A DNA stretch of 64,000 nt from Parcubacteria bacterium C7867-008 (GCA_001189215.1 LFCR01000002.1:74677-138676); one strand, 5' to 3'; shown: positions 38,068 through 48,354, counted from the stretch's first letter. Made by a program: numbers and translations. Notes: a model not told the origin generated them from the letters alone.

Positions 38068-38320
38068 ACATGAGGGTTGGCCTCATAAGTACCTTGCCTC
38101 GCGCAAGGTAATTTCTTTTTGTTCCCGCATACCACCCTCTAGGCAAGGCTTGACGGCTTCGGGCGACTCCCCAAGGCTTATCTGGTTCTCACCTCGTAGT
38201 GAGCGCGCTGGATATCCCCTCAGGCGTTTCGACCACCGTCCTATTTATAGGACGGAGTGCCTGGAGGGTAGTGTGCAGGAAAAGAAAAACACCGCTTCAA
38301 ACGAAGCGGTGTTTTTCTTT
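38068..38320 (+). ncRNA. Candidate structured non-coding RNA, unidentified
   Basis: TTGACA-16-TAGCAT promoter (38034-38061), 19-bp closing stem 38127-38145/38258-38276, internal hairpins, terminator 38285-38320. Confidence 0.5.
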
Positions 38321-39972
38321 TAGAAACGAGGTGGATCAACCACTCGGAATACTTCTTCAAGAGTAGTCTGTCCTGCTAATGCTTTTATAATGCCGTCTTG
38401 AGCCATAGTCAGATATCCCTGACGCGTTGCTTGCTTTGCTATATCACTCGCAGACGGTGCACTGCGCAAGAACTCTGCAAGCTCGTCATCCATAAAGATT
38501 GCCTCGTATACACCAACACGACCCTTGTACCCTGTGCCATTAGGACCTTCTGCGCCAACTTGTTCAATAGCTGCTGGAACAAGTGTCTTGTCAGCAAGTG
38601 TAGAGAATACATGAGTGATAAGTTGTTTCTCTTCTTCTGTGGTGGGACGCATAGTGCGCGTCTCAGGATTAAGTGTACGAATGAGGCGCTGTGCCATAGC
38701 AACAGAGACCGCTGATGGAATTGTTTTAGGGTCGATACCAAGATCGAACAAGCGAGGGAATGCACCTGCGGCATCGTTGGTGTGAAGTGTGGTGAACACA
38801 AAGTGTCCGGTGAGCGCTGCCTGCACTGCAACTTCTGCCACTTCTGCATCACGAATTTCTCCCACCATGATCACATCAGGGTCTTGTCTAAGAATAGAAC
38901 GAAGACCTGCGGCAAAGGTGTAATCAGTACCATCGGTTTGAGTCTGCACAATACCGGGAAGGTGATATTCAACCGGGTCTTCAATGGTAATGATTTTTGT
39001 TTCTGGGGTGTGTACTTCCTGTAGGAATGTATAGAGCGTTGTGGTCTTACCAGAGCCGGTAGGTCCAGTGGTAAGAAGCATGCCGTTTGGGCGATGAATC
39101 TCTGTTGCCAAACGAGCAAGGAGTTTCGGATGAATACCAAGATCACCGAATGAATGATTAATCGCATTCGGATCAAGAATACGCATCACAATAGACTCAC
39201 CGTAGTTACCAGGAATAATTGATGTACGTATTTCAATCTCTGTCCCGCGCACAGCGACAGTGAAGCGACCATCTTGTGCACGACTCACCACATTCAACTT
39301 AAGACCTGAAAGAATCTTTATACGTGATTCGAGAAGGCGATAGACGTGTGGATCGAATGAATACGCATCAGTCAGCTGTCCATCAAGACGCATACGCATA
39401 CGAGCAACATTCTCTTCTGGTTCAAAGTGAATGTCTGATGCTTTCATTGCGAGTGCAGCTGATAGTACTTCTTCAAACACATGAGACACCTGTGCAGTAT
39501 TTTTTGCACTGAGTATCTGGTCCAGCTGAGTCTTAAGTCCGGCAACCGTAGAGAGGGAAGTGTCTTCTGCGCTATTGATCGTAAAGGTACCCTCCCTGTC
39601 CTGCTCTGCGTATGAAAGCTCTTTATATTTAGCAAGTCCAAGCGCAAGACTACGTTCTGAAATAAGGAATTGCTCAATGATATATCCTTGTGCATCAAGC
39701 TCGGTAAGAAGCGTACGAGCGGCATCAAGTTCAACACTGCGTAGTGCAATAGATATATGCTTACCGTTTTTATCAAAGGCAACAGCCTGTGCGCTGCGTG
39801 CATCAGCTTCTGGTATGACGCGGAGCGCATCGGCATTTATGGGAATAAGGGATAGATCCGTGTATGGAATACCATACTTTTCCGAGAGGATGCGGGTCAG
39901 GTCTTCCTCCTCCTGCTCACGAAGGTGGGCAAGTTTTTCATTCTCAGCATCGGTATCAAAATGAGCAGGCAT
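38320..39972 (-). CDS. pilB: Type IV pilus assembly ATPase (PilB/GspE)
   Basis: ASDIHFEP, QDGRF, GPTGSGKTT, TIEDPVE, LRQDPDVIMVGEIRD, TGH..FTTLH. Confidence 0.93.
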   Translation of the reverse strand: MPAHFDTDAENEKLAHLREQEEEDLTRILSEKYGIPYTDLSLIPINADALRVIPEADARSAQAVAFDKNGKHISIALRSVELDAARTLLTELDAQGYIIEQFLISERSLALGLAKYKELSYAEQDREGTFTINSAEDTSLSTVAGLKTQLDQILSAKNTAQVSHVFEEVLSAALAMKASDIHFEPEENVARMRMRLDGQLTDAYSFDPHVYRLLESRIKILSGLKLNVVSRAQDGRFTVAVRGTEIEIRTSIIPGNYGESIVMRILDPNAINHSFGDLGIHPKLLARLATEIHRPNGMLLTTGPTGSGKTTTLYTFLQEVHTPETKIITIEDPVEYHLPGIVQTQTDGTDYTFAAGLRSILRQDPDVIMVGEIRDAEVAEVAVQAALTGHFVFTTLHTNDAAGAFPRLFDLGIDPKTIPSAVSVAMAQRLIRTLNPETRTMRPTTEEEKQLITHVFSTLADKTLVPAAIEQVGAEGPNGTGYKGRVGVYEAIFMDDELAEFLRSAPSASDIAKQATRQGYLTMAQDGIIKALAGQTTLEEVFRVVDPPRF

Positions 39973-40093
39973 ATAGGTGAATACCCGAATAATAGCACCA
40001 CCTTACGGCCCATAACCCCTATTGACTTTTATATATTTATGGGGTATATTTGAATCTGAACAAAAACCACTCGAATCTCGAGGAGACCGAGCA

Positions 40094-40972
40094 ATGACCT
40101 TTCGATCGGCCTTTATGGCCTCAATTATTGCGACTATCAGCGTCTTCGGCGCTGGCCAGGCACTGGCGGGCGATCACGCTTCCAACACCTGGTACTACGA
40201 GAAGATCCGGCAACCCGGCGATATGCCGCGCCCGAGCGCCCGCAACCTTCCCCCGACGCCCGCGGCCGGCAAGGTGAACCTCTTTGGTTGCAAGACCAAT
40301 GCGGACGGCGACTGGGAGATCAAGACGAGCTGGTTCGGCGAAAAGTACAACTGCGACTACTTCATCTTCGACGCCTCGGCGGTCCAAGGGAAGGTGACGC
40401 AGCAGCAACTTGTCGCTGCCACACCGGCCGTGCAGACCTCGGTCGTCGATGAGCTCTGCTTCACCGACCGACCGTTCTGCACGCTGCGTTCGGATCAAGA
40501 ACCCCAATATAACGGGAAATACGATCCGTACTACCAGAAGAGCCCGACCGAGTGCGTAGTCGGCGGGCAGACCTGCAAGTGGATCAACACCAAGATCCGC
40601 GGACCGAACTGGAAGCCCGAGGAAGTTCAACAGCAGTTGAGCACCCCGGACCCCTGTCGGTTCGACCGCAAGAACCCTGTCCCCATCGTTTTGATGGAAC
40701 CGGGTGGCGGATATCGGATCGCATGCGCCAGCGAGAAGTATGTCCGTGACATGCACTCGCGGTACGGGCCGGCTTACGGTGTCAGCTATCCGGGCCAATT
40801 CCGCGGCCCGGGCGACATCGGCTTCGGCTTCTACTTCGGGAGCGCCTGGAACTACGGTTCTGGGCGACCCTATCACGAGTATCGCCCGAGTTCGTGGGAC
40901 GGCCCGAGCGTCTGCAGCCGCAATGGCGAGTATCGCCAGAACGGCGGACGCGCCTTCACCAGGGGCTGCTGA
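40094..40972 (+). CDS. GC-rich secreted Cys-containing hypothetical protein
   Basis: TTGACT-17-TATATT promoter (40022-40050), AGGAG SD, signal peptide ALA-G, terminator about 41007-41046. Confidence 0.7.
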   Translation: MTFRSAFMASIIATISVFGAGQALAGDHASNTWYYEKIRQPGDMPRPSARNLPPTPAAGKVNLFGCKTNADGDWEIKTSWFGEKYNCDYFIFDASAVQGKVTQQQLVAATPAVQTSVVDELCFTDRPFCTLRSDQEPQYNGKYDPYYQKSPTECVVGGQTCKWINTKIRGPNWKPEEVQQQLSTPDPCRFDRKNPVPIVLMEPGGGYRIACASEKYVRDMHSRYGPAYGVSYPGQFRGPGDIGFGFYFGSAWNYGSGRPYHEYRPSSWDGPSVCSRNGEYRQNGGRAFTRGC

Positions 40973-41071
40973 CAGCAATACTGAACCGCATGGTTCGAAA
41001 CTCAAGGTGCCCGTTTCTCCTATCACAGGGGGACGGGCACTTTTTCTATTCAAGAGTACAATTTCTATACT

Positions 41072-41524
41072 ATGGATTCTGCGCCGAAGAACCTTGGAGA
41101 TCTTGAAGCACTGCAAGCAGAGGCTGCAGAGTTTGCAAAAACACTCTCACCAAATACTGAGTTCGCTACACTCGTTACCCTTTCAGGAGAACTAGGAGCA
41201 GGGAAGACCTCTTTCACCCAAGGTCTTGCTCGTGCACTTGGAATAACAGAATCAATCACCAGCCCGACGTTCGTACTCGAGAAGATATACGAACTTCCCA
41301 AAAAAGCAGCACAAGGATTTGAAAGACTCATACATATAGATGCATATCGTCTGGAGGAAGCTCCAATGCTCAATCCACTTGGCTTCCATGAGTTTATGCG
41401 AGACCCGAAGAACCTAATTGTTCTTGAGTGGCCAGAGCATGTATATGAGGCGGTACGAACTGCACAGTATCAAATCAAACTCGCTGTTGGTGAGGGGAAT
41501 ACTCGAGACATCATATATGCCTAA
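41072..41524 (+). CDS. tsaE: tRNA t6A biosynthesis ATPase TsaE
   Basis: GELGAGKT, SPTF, HIDAYRL, EWPE. Confidence 0.95.
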   Translation: MDSAPKNLGDLEALQAEAAEFAKTLSPNTEFATLVTLSGELGAGKTSFTQGLARALGITESITSPTFVLEKIYELPKKAAQGFERLIHIDAYRLEEAPMLNPLGFHEFMRDPKNLIVLEWPEHVYEAVRTAQYQIKLAVGEGNTRDIIYA

Positions 41525-43928
41525 AGCACCCACAAAGAAAGTTGAGAAGAAAAAGAGACTTGTACTCTTAGATGCGCACGCAATTATTCATCGTGCGTAT
41601 CATGCGCTTCCAGACTTCACTTCTCCGACAGGTGAACCAACAGGCGCACTATACGGATTGTCTTCCATGCTCCTGCGTATCATTCAAGATCTTAAACCAG
41701 ACTATCTTGCGTCTTGTTACGATCTTCCAAAAGCAACATTCCGTCATGAAGCCTATGACGCGTATAAAGGAACACGAGTATCCCTAGACGATGCGCTTGC
41801 AAAGCAACTCAACACATCACGCAAAGTGTTTGAAGCATTTTCAATACCCATCTATGAGAAGGAAGGATTTGAAGCAGATGATATGCTCGGCACTATTTGC
41901 GAGCTTACTCGTGACCAGAAGGATCTTGAAATCATCATTGCGTCTGGAGATATGGACACACTTCAGCTTATCGAGAAGGGGCGTGTAAAGGTATACACCC
42001 TCAAGAAGGGAATAAACGACACCATAATCTACGATGAGAAATCTGTAGAAGAACGTTATGGATTCGCACCAAAGATGGTCGCGGATTATAAGGGCCTGCG
42101 CGGAGATCCGTCCGATAACATCATTGGTATCCCGGGAGTTGGTGAAAAGACCGCAACTGAATTGATTCAGAAGTTTGGAACAATTGAAGATATTTATAAA
42201 AAGCTAAAGAAGAACGAAGCATTGTTCACTGAGCAAGGAATCAAACCGCGTATCGTTGCACTTCTTAAGGAGTACGAAGAAGATGCACTCTTCTCAAAGA
42301 TGCTCACCACTATTCGTATTGATGCACCAATCGTATTCCGTCTCCCGGAAGCTGTGTGGCAAGACGGCAGCGTACTTCCAAAAGTACTTGCACTCTTTGA
42401 TGAGCTTGGATTCCGTACACTGCGTGGTCGTGCACGTGCACTCTTTGAGAAGGGAGACGGGTCTGTTGAAGAAACAGACCCTGAAGTACTGGTAGAGGAG
42501 AAAGATATAGACCCAACACGACTTCAAGAAGCACAGGTGATGGTGTGGCTCCTTGCTTCAGATCTCACCAACCCAACACTGGATGACATTCTCGCGTACA
42601 CAAAAGCACAGACATTCGATGCTGCATATAAAACACTCCAAACAAAGATTGATACTACTGGTCAGTTAGATGAGGTATATCAGAACATAGAAAAACCACT
42701 AGTGCCGGTACTCCGAGCAATGGAAGCACATGGTGTGCTTATTGATCAAGAGGCGCTAGGAACACTCGGGAAAACATATCGTAAAGAACTTGAAGCAGTG
42801 GAGAAACGTATTTTCAAAGTGGTGGGTCACGAGTTCAATATCAGCTCACCAAAACAACTCGGTGATGTTCTCTTTGATGAACTGCAACTCAAGGCACCTG
42901 GATCTAAGGCCCAGAAGAAGACTTCAACAGGGCAGCGTTCTACTAAAGAATCAGAACTTGAGAAGCTACGCGAACACCACCCCATTATTGAAGATATTCT
43001 TGAATACCGTCAGATACAGAAACTTCTGGGTACCTATATAGATAACATCCCACCACTTCTAGATGCTGAGGGTCGAATCCACCCCCAATTCATACAGACC
43101 GGTGCCGTTACTGGCCGCATGGCAACCACAAACCCAAGTATTCAAAACATTCCGATACGTACCGAGCGTGGCCGTGCGATTCGTCACGCATTCATTGCAC
43201 CAAAAGGATTTGAACTCATTGGTCTCGACTACTCCCAGATAGAACTACGTCTTGCTGCAATACTTTCAGGTGATGAGAAGCTTGGTGATATCTTCCGTTC
43301 AGGTAGAGATGTGCATCGTGAAGTTGCTGCTGCAGTCTTCGGAGTAATACCTGAGAATGTAGATCCTGAAATGCGACGCCGTGCAAAGATCATTAACTTC
43401 GGCATTCTATACGGCATGGGCGTTAATGCCCTTAAGGCGCAACTCGGCACGAGCACTAGTGAAGCACAGCAATTCTACGAGGATTATTTCCGTACCTTCA
43501 ATCGTCTCGCAGAATATCTTGAAGAGACACGCGGTGCTGCACGACGCCAAGGTTTCACTGAAACATTGTTTGGTCGTCGTCGAGAATTCTCGGGTATTAA
43601 ATCTTCACTTCCATTTGTACGTGCACAAGCAGAGCGCATGGCGATTAACGCACCAATACAAGGAACACAGGCGGACATCATAAAGATTGCGATGGTGCGC
43701 ATACAACAAATGCTCACTGATGAGAACGCTTTGGAAGACGCGCACATGCTTCTTCAGGTACATGACGAACTAGTGTTTGAGATACGTGAATCGCGTAGTC
43801 GTGAACTGGCGCAGAAGATTCGTGAAATTATGGAGACGGTAGTACCCGAAGATCAGACACTTGGTATACCCCTACTAGCCCAACCGAAGATAGGGAAGAA
43901 CTGGGGAGATATGCAGGCTCTAGACTAG
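41517..43928 (+). CDS. polA: DNA polymerase I (5'-3' exonuclease plus polymerase)
   Basis: EADD, GDPSDNIIG, DYSQIELR, RRRAKIINFGILYG, QVHDEL. Confidence 0.96.
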   Translation: MPKAPTKKVEKKKRLVLLDAHAIIHRAYHALPDFTSPTGEPTGALYGLSSMLLRIIQDLKPDYLASCYDLPKATFRHEAYDAYKGTRVSLDDALAKQLNTSRKVFEAFSIPIYEKEGFEADDMLGTICELTRDQKDLEIIIASGDMDTLQLIEKGRVKVYTLKKGINDTIIYDEKSVEERYGFAPKMVADYKGLRGDPSDNIIGIPGVGEKTATELIQKFGTIEDIYKKLKKNEALFTEQGIKPRIVALLKEYEEDALFSKMLTTIRIDAPIVFRLPEAVWQDGSVLPKVLALFDELGFRTLRGRARALFEKGDGSVEETDPEVLVEEKDIDPTRLQEAQVMVWLLASDLTNPTLDDILAYTKAQTFDAAYKTLQTKIDTTGQLDEVYQNIEKPLVPVLRAMEAHGVLIDQEALGTLGKTYRKELEAVEKRIFKVVGHEFNISSPKQLGDVLFDELQLKAPGSKAQKKTSTGQRSTKESELEKLREHHPIIEDILEYRQIQKLLGTYIDNIPPLLDAEGRIHPQFIQTGAVTGRMATTNPSIQNIPIRTERGRAIRHAFIAPKGFELIGLDYSQIELRLAAILSGDEKLGDIFRSGRDVHREVAAAVFGVIPENVDPEMRRRAKIINFGILYGMGVNALKAQLGTSTSEAQQFYEDYFRTFNRLAEYLEETRGAARRQGFTETLFGRRREFSGIKSSLPFVRAQAERMAINAPIQGTQADIIKIAMVRIQQMLTDENALEDAHMLLQVHDELVFEIRESRSRELAQKIREIMETVVPEDQTLGIPLLAQPKIGKNWGDMQALD

Positions 43929-43988
43929 TCCTTTTCTAGGACAGGAGTATCATTATCTTTGGTGTTAACACTTGTTCGGGGGTGATTT

Positions 43989-44129
43989 ATGACGTCAGTT
44001 CCTGTCTCGAATCAAGCTTCGCATGCCCCGCTCTGGCCAAGAGTTGTGGTCCCGCTGCTGCTGGCTTTGGCAATGTGGGGTTTCGTCGGCGTCGGGTTTG
44101 TGGGCCTCTGGCTCAAAATCCACGGCTAG
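43989..44129 (+). CDS. 46-aa single-TM small protein (not in ORF track)
   Basis: MTSVPVSNQASHAPLWPRVVVPLLLALAMWGFVGVGFVGLWLKIHG; GGGGGTG SD; hairpin 44151-44176. Confidence 0.5.
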   Translation: MTSVPVSNQASHAPLWPRVVVPLLLALAMWGFVGVGFVGLWLKIHG

Positions 44130-44201
44130 GATGAGATCCCGCAACTATTAGAAGGCGCTCCTCACCGGGCGCCTTCAACACGTTCGAGATACAATACGAA
44201 G

Positions 44202-44858
44202 GTGATATATCTTTTCCACGGCTCAGATACAAATAAAGTACGCGCCAAGGCATTCCAGTGGGTGGCAGCTACTCATGCAAAAGCACCAGATGCGTACTAC
44301 GCAAGATTGGACGCGTCGTCAGTTTCACCTGAAGCCTTACAAGAAGCACTTTCAACACAAGGTCTATTCTTTTCTAAAACCCTTATCCTGATCGATGACC
44401 CTTTCTCAGAAAGTGCAGCCGGGGAAGCAGTTCTTGAATCACTTGCTGAACTCGCAACATCTCCTAATGCGGTTGCCATACTTGCACCAAAACTTCTCGC
44501 AACACGATTAAAGAAAATAGAACCGCATGCTGCTAAAGTATTCGAAGTTAACGTAACGGAGAAAAAAGTAGCACGTGGATTTAATAGCGGACTCGTAAAC
44601 GCACTTGGTGAGAAGAATGGTGCAAAACTCTGGCAAGAAATAGAGAAAGCTCGGCGTGTTGGTGATGCGCCTGAAATGATTCATGGACTACTGCACTGGA
44701 AAGCACGGGACATTATGCAGAAAGGGAAGCGTGTGTGGACTCATGAGGAAGCACGAATACTTTCGCGTGATCTTATCGAACTACTTTCAGATTCACGATC
44801 AGGAGACCTCCCACTAAACCTTTCATTGGAACGTTTCGCGCTCTCGCTTCACGTATAG
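44202..44858 (+). CDS. holA: DNA polymerase III delta-like (HolA) protein, shortened
   Basis: MIYLFHGSD, QGLFFSKTLILI; GTG start. Confidence 0.65.
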   Translation: MIYLFHGSDTNKVRAKAFQWVAATHAKAPDAYYARLDASSVSPEALQEALSTQGLFFSKTLILIDDPFSESAAGEAVLESLAELATSPNAVAILAPKLLATRLKKIEPHAAKVFEVNVTEKKVARGFNSGLVNALGEKNGAKLWQEIEKARRVGDAPEMIHGLLHWKARDIMQKGKRVWTHEEARILSRDLIELLSDSRSGDLPLNLSLERFALSLHV

Positions 44859-45044
44859 CCTTTACGCACGACGCCGGAGGTTGGTATCAATAATTTCTTT
44901 CTTCTCCTCCAAGGGCTTGGCTTGTGCTTTGAACGCGTCAAGCTTTTCTTTTGCAGTGCTAGCTTCGCGCGCTTTATCCACTCTTGTATAAAAAGAAGCC
45001 GCCCGATGTTGCTCAGGCGAGCTTCGATCAGGCGGGCAAAATGT

Positions 45045-45326
45045 CTATTTTGGTACTAGCGACGTGCTGACTTCGCGGGGCGTAGAGGTTGTCGCCTTCC
45101 CCGAGATCGTCGGCTCATTCCAGGATGTCTGGCTTGGCTGCAGGCACTTGCTGTAGTAAACGCTGTGTCCTCCGTCACCGAAGCGGTAAACTTTGCAGCC
45201 GTCATGCTCGAACAGCAGGCTTACGGAAATTTGCGTGTTGCTGGATTGCTCTTTGACCAACCCCGGCTTGTCACAACCTGACAGAGCCAAAATACAGGGC
45301 AAGCAGGCGAGAAGAAGCTTTTTCAC
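45045..45326 (-). CDS. Lipoprotein, DUF4884-like
   Basis: Lipobox LSGC; LLFEHDGCKVYRF.D.G..VYY; own promoter, SD and terminator. Confidence 0.7.
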   Translation of the reverse strand: MKKLLLACLPCILALSGCDKPGLVKEQSSNTQISVSLLFEHDGCKVYRFGDGGHSVYYSKCLQPSQTSWNEPTISGKATTSTPREVSTSLVPK

Positions 45327-45406
45327 GTCTATGTCTCCAGAATTAGTTGAAACGTTAAGGGGCTATTCATAATTAGAATAGCACAATAGATAAATAAGTC
45401 AAATAT

Positions 45407-45482
45407 TGGTCCGCCTACCAGGGCTCGAACCTGGGACCGTCTCCTTAAAAGGGAGCTGCTCTACCAACTGAGCTATAGGCGG
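45407..45482 (-). tRNA. tRNA-Lys(TTT)
   Basis: CCGCCTA/TAGGCGG, CTCC-CT-TTT-AA-GGAG, encoded CCA. Confidence 0.93.
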
Positions 45483-45512
45483 ATGATTGCACACGCACGC
45501 TTTGTTATACCG

Positions 45513-46475
45513 TTAATACTGATATAGGTCTACCGTCTTTCCGTTCTGATCGAGTAGCTTTATGGCTTCTTTTGAACTCTTCCACAACTCTCCGTATTTA
45601 CGAGACTCGTCGTGGTTCTTGGTGAGTGATCCACGGCCAAGATAGATGCGCCAAGAGTTGCCCCAGAAGCGCTGATCCCCTCGATGAGTATTTAGACAGC
45701 CTTGATAGTTGAGATACGTGTCGATAAATCGATAACATGAGGATGAAAGCCGCTTACCACCTTCGTTCGGAACACTGCAACGATCTACGTTCGAGATAAA
45801 CTCCTCACATCCACCATCTTTATACTCATTCCCCGAGTAAAACTGTTCAAAATCATCTTGTGGATCAGGACAGCTCTGAGAAAGGGAAGGTGAGAATGAT
45901 TTGTTCTGAGTGTAGTATCCAACGCACTGATTCTCTCGGAAAGAAACACCAACAGGTGATTCACCAGTGACAATGATCGCTGAATCATTTGGATGGAGAA
46001 TAATTGGTGCAGTTGCATTGCTTGTTTTTGAAAGCAGCTCCTGTCCAAATGGAATAGTTGCGGTACGGTCATTTGATACCGCAACAAGCTGCCACCCTGA
46101 GATATTTATATTTGGCTCTGCATTGTACCCAGCTTTAATGGTTATATATTCATCATCAGGATCTGTTGCACCCACGTTGCTACCCCAGCTTATGGTCACC
46201 ATTCCTTTATACGGAGATGCTTCGCCAAAAAGTTTTGCATCACGCACATCCTTCTTTAAATTGAAGATTGAGTTCTGAATACTAAAAAGGTCGGAACGCG
46301 CACCTGCGGTATTGAAATCATTTATATCCCCGTATCCTTCCTGCACGGTTCCAACCGTAGTGATGGGTGTTATATATGGTCCTGCAAAGGAGATAGGGTG
46401 ATTGGGACCACCACTAGCGATCCAAACCACAAAGAAGAAGAGGAAGAATCCAAGAATAAATGCTCCGTCGCTCAT
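45513..46475 (-). CDS. Membrane-anchored hypothetical protein (lamin-tail-like region)
   Basis: N-terminal TM; EYITI...NINISGWQL; IKLLDQNGKTVD. Confidence 0.65.
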   Translation of the reverse strand: MSDGAFILGFFLFFFVVWIASGGPNHPISFAGPYITPITTVGTVQEGYGDINDFNTAGARSDLFSIQNSIFNLKKDVRDAKLFGEASPYKGMVTISWGSNVGATDPDDEYITIKAGYNAEPNINISGWQLVAVSNDRTATIPFGQELLSKTSNATAPIILHPNDSAIIVTGESPVGVSFRENQCVGYYTQNKSFSPSLSQSCPDPQDDFEQFYSGNEYKDGGCEEFISNVDRCSVPNEGGKRLSSSCYRFIDTYLNYQGCLNTHRGDQRFWGNSWRIYLGRGSLTKNHDESRKYGELWKSSKEAIKLLDQNGKTVDLYQY

Positions 46476-46479
46476 GCGC

Positions 46480-47742
46480 CTATGATAGCAGGAGCTTCTC
46501 GAGTTCTTCTGCCACTACTTGTGCATCACTCCATGGTGTTTTCTTGCCATTTGCCTCCATGATGTATGGATCAGTTCCTTTGCCAGTGACTAGTACAGCA
46601 TCACCACCGCGTGCACGAGATAGTGCTTCGTGGATAGCTTCACGACGATCCATGATGATAGTTGGACTGCGCTTCATGCCCGCTGCCATAGCATCCATGA
46701 TGGCCTGAGGATCCTCATCATATGGGTCTTCATTGGCAAGAATCACTTCATCACAGTACTCATCTGCAATACGCCCCATCTCTGGACGTTTCCACGTATC
46801 GCGACCGCCACCCGTATTTCCAAGTACGCACACTTTCCGACGTTCAGGATATGCCTGATACAGCGCTAACAAAGAATCAGGAGTATGTGCGTAATCAACA
46901 ACGGCAAGGAAGTCCTGTCCTCGTTCAATACGTTCTGCACGTCCCGCGATACGTCCGAGATTTCCGAGTGCTTTTGCACTCACCGGAACCGGCACACCAA
47001 CAAATGCAGCAGCTTTAATAGCTGCGAGTGCGTTACGTGCACTAAATGCACCAGGGTGGGGAAGAGATACGTGTGTGTTATCAAACTCAAAGCTTGTGGA
47101 TTGATCCGTTAAGACAAGATTCTCTGCGTCACTTAATGCAAAGGCAATGGAGCGTTCAACCTGAAGTTTCAAGAACCTGCGACCATATTCACCTTCGCTA
47201 TTTGCAATGATTGCTCGCGGTCTCTTTGAAGATCGTGCGAGTGCCGTTCCGAGTCTGAACTTTGCCTGGAAATATTTCTCCATGCTGCCATGAGACTCGA
47301 TGTGCTCCTTTTCAAGATTGGTGAACACAAGCGCGTCGAGAGATAGAAACAAATGACGATACTGCAATGCAGATTCGCTGGTGAGTTCAATCACTGCATG
47401 AGTGGCGCCATCACGTACTGCTTCAGCGAGAAGTTTCTGAATGAATCCACGACCAGGAAGAGTCATCTTGAATTTGTTTGGCCGAGTTGTTTTACCGGTC
47501 TTGAAATGAATCGTACTTGATACCGCTACGGTATACCCAGCCTCTTCAAGAATGGCAGAAAGCATCTCTGTTACAGAAGACTTTCCTTTAGTTCCTGTAA
47601 CACCAATCACCACAAGTTTCTTTGCAGGGAATCCATATCGAATCGCACTGCATAGAGACCAGCCCACGTGATAGGGAATAAGAAGTGCTCGATATAACGA
47701 GCGTGGAAGTATGCGTTCTACCAATCGTTTAAGTGCTCCCAT
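46480..47742 (-). CDS. murE: MurE-family Mur ligase
   Basis: GVTGTKGKSS, DYAHTPD, GGGRD..KR, GKG. Confidence 0.88.
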   Translation of the reverse strand: MGALKRLVERILPRSLYRALLIPYHVGWSLCSAIRYGFPAKKLVVIGVTGTKGKSSVTEMLSAILEEAGYTVAVSSTIHFKTGKTTRPNKFKMTLPGRGFIQKLLAEAVRDGATHAVIELTSESALQYRHLFLSLDALVFTNLEKEHIESHGSMEKYFQAKFRLGTALARSSKRPRAIIANSEGEYGRRFLKLQVERSIAFALSDAENLVLTDQSTSFEFDNTHVSLPHPGAFSARNALAAIKAAAFVGVPVPVSAKALGNLGRIAGRAERIERGQDFLAVVDYAHTPDSLLALYQAYPERRKVCVLGNTGGGRDTWKRPEMGRIADEYCDEVILANEDPYDEDPQAIMDAMAAGMKRSPTIIMDRREAIHEALSRARGGDAVLVTGKGTDPYIMEANGKKTPWSDAQVVAEELEKLLLS

Positions 47743-47743
47743 A

Positions 47744-48298
47744 TCAACGTGACTTACCAGCAAGTGCAGCCTTGAGGCGCGCATCACGACCCGTAATATG
47801 CATTGGTACATTTCCAACCGCAACACGTGCCTCACGATCCGTGTACCCAAGCGCGACGAGTGTATCAAATACTTCTGAATCAGCATCGTCATGCTTTGCA
47901 TCGGTTGCGGTCACTTTCTCTGAAAGTTCAACTACCAGTTTCTCTGCAGCCTTCTTCCCAAGCCCCACCACACGAGTGAGGTATGAAACGTCACGTGTAG
48001 CAATTGCTGTTTCAAGTGATTCACGAGATGCACGAGAGAATATGGAGAGAGCGGTCTTAGGACCCACTCCAGAAACCGTTAGTAGCTGTTCGAAGAAGTG
48101 ACGGTCTTCTTCCGTAGAGAACCCATATAATTCCACACCGTCCTGCTTAAATGCCATATAGGTCTTTAGACGAACCTGATCTCCAGGGGCGAGCATGTCA
48201 TTGGCCGATAGGTGAACAAAGATACCGAAACCAGCCACCTCCACAATGGCCCCTCCTGGTTCGTTTCCTATAACCACTCCACTGAGCTCGCGAATCAT
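47744..48298 (-). CDS. ruvA: Holliday junction protein RuvA
   Basis: LYGF, VSGVGPKTA, GLGKKAAEKLVVEL, LVALGY. Confidence 0.95.
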   Translation of the reverse strand: MIRELSGVVIGNEPGGAIVEVAGFGIFVHLSANDMLAPGDQVRLKTYMAFKQDGVELYGFSTEEDRHFFEQLLTVSGVGPKTALSIFSRASRESLETAIATRDVSYLTRVVGLGKKAAEKLVVELSEKVTATDAKHDDADSEVFDTLVALGYTDREARVAVGNVPMHITGRDARLKAALAGKSR

Positions 48299-48354
48299 AT
48301 AAGGTATCGTACCATTTGCGTACCGAGACGATATAGCGTACTATCTCCTCACCT

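Noticed and set aside
38003..38323. 106-aa ORF over the ruvB-pilB intergenic region
   Set aside because: Overlaps the ruvB start and the terminator, has no recognisable motif, and the region is better explained by RNA structure
40121..41116. 331-aa minus-strand ORF
   Set aside because: Antisense shadow of the GC-rich plus-strand gene, which has the promoter, SD, signal peptide and terminator
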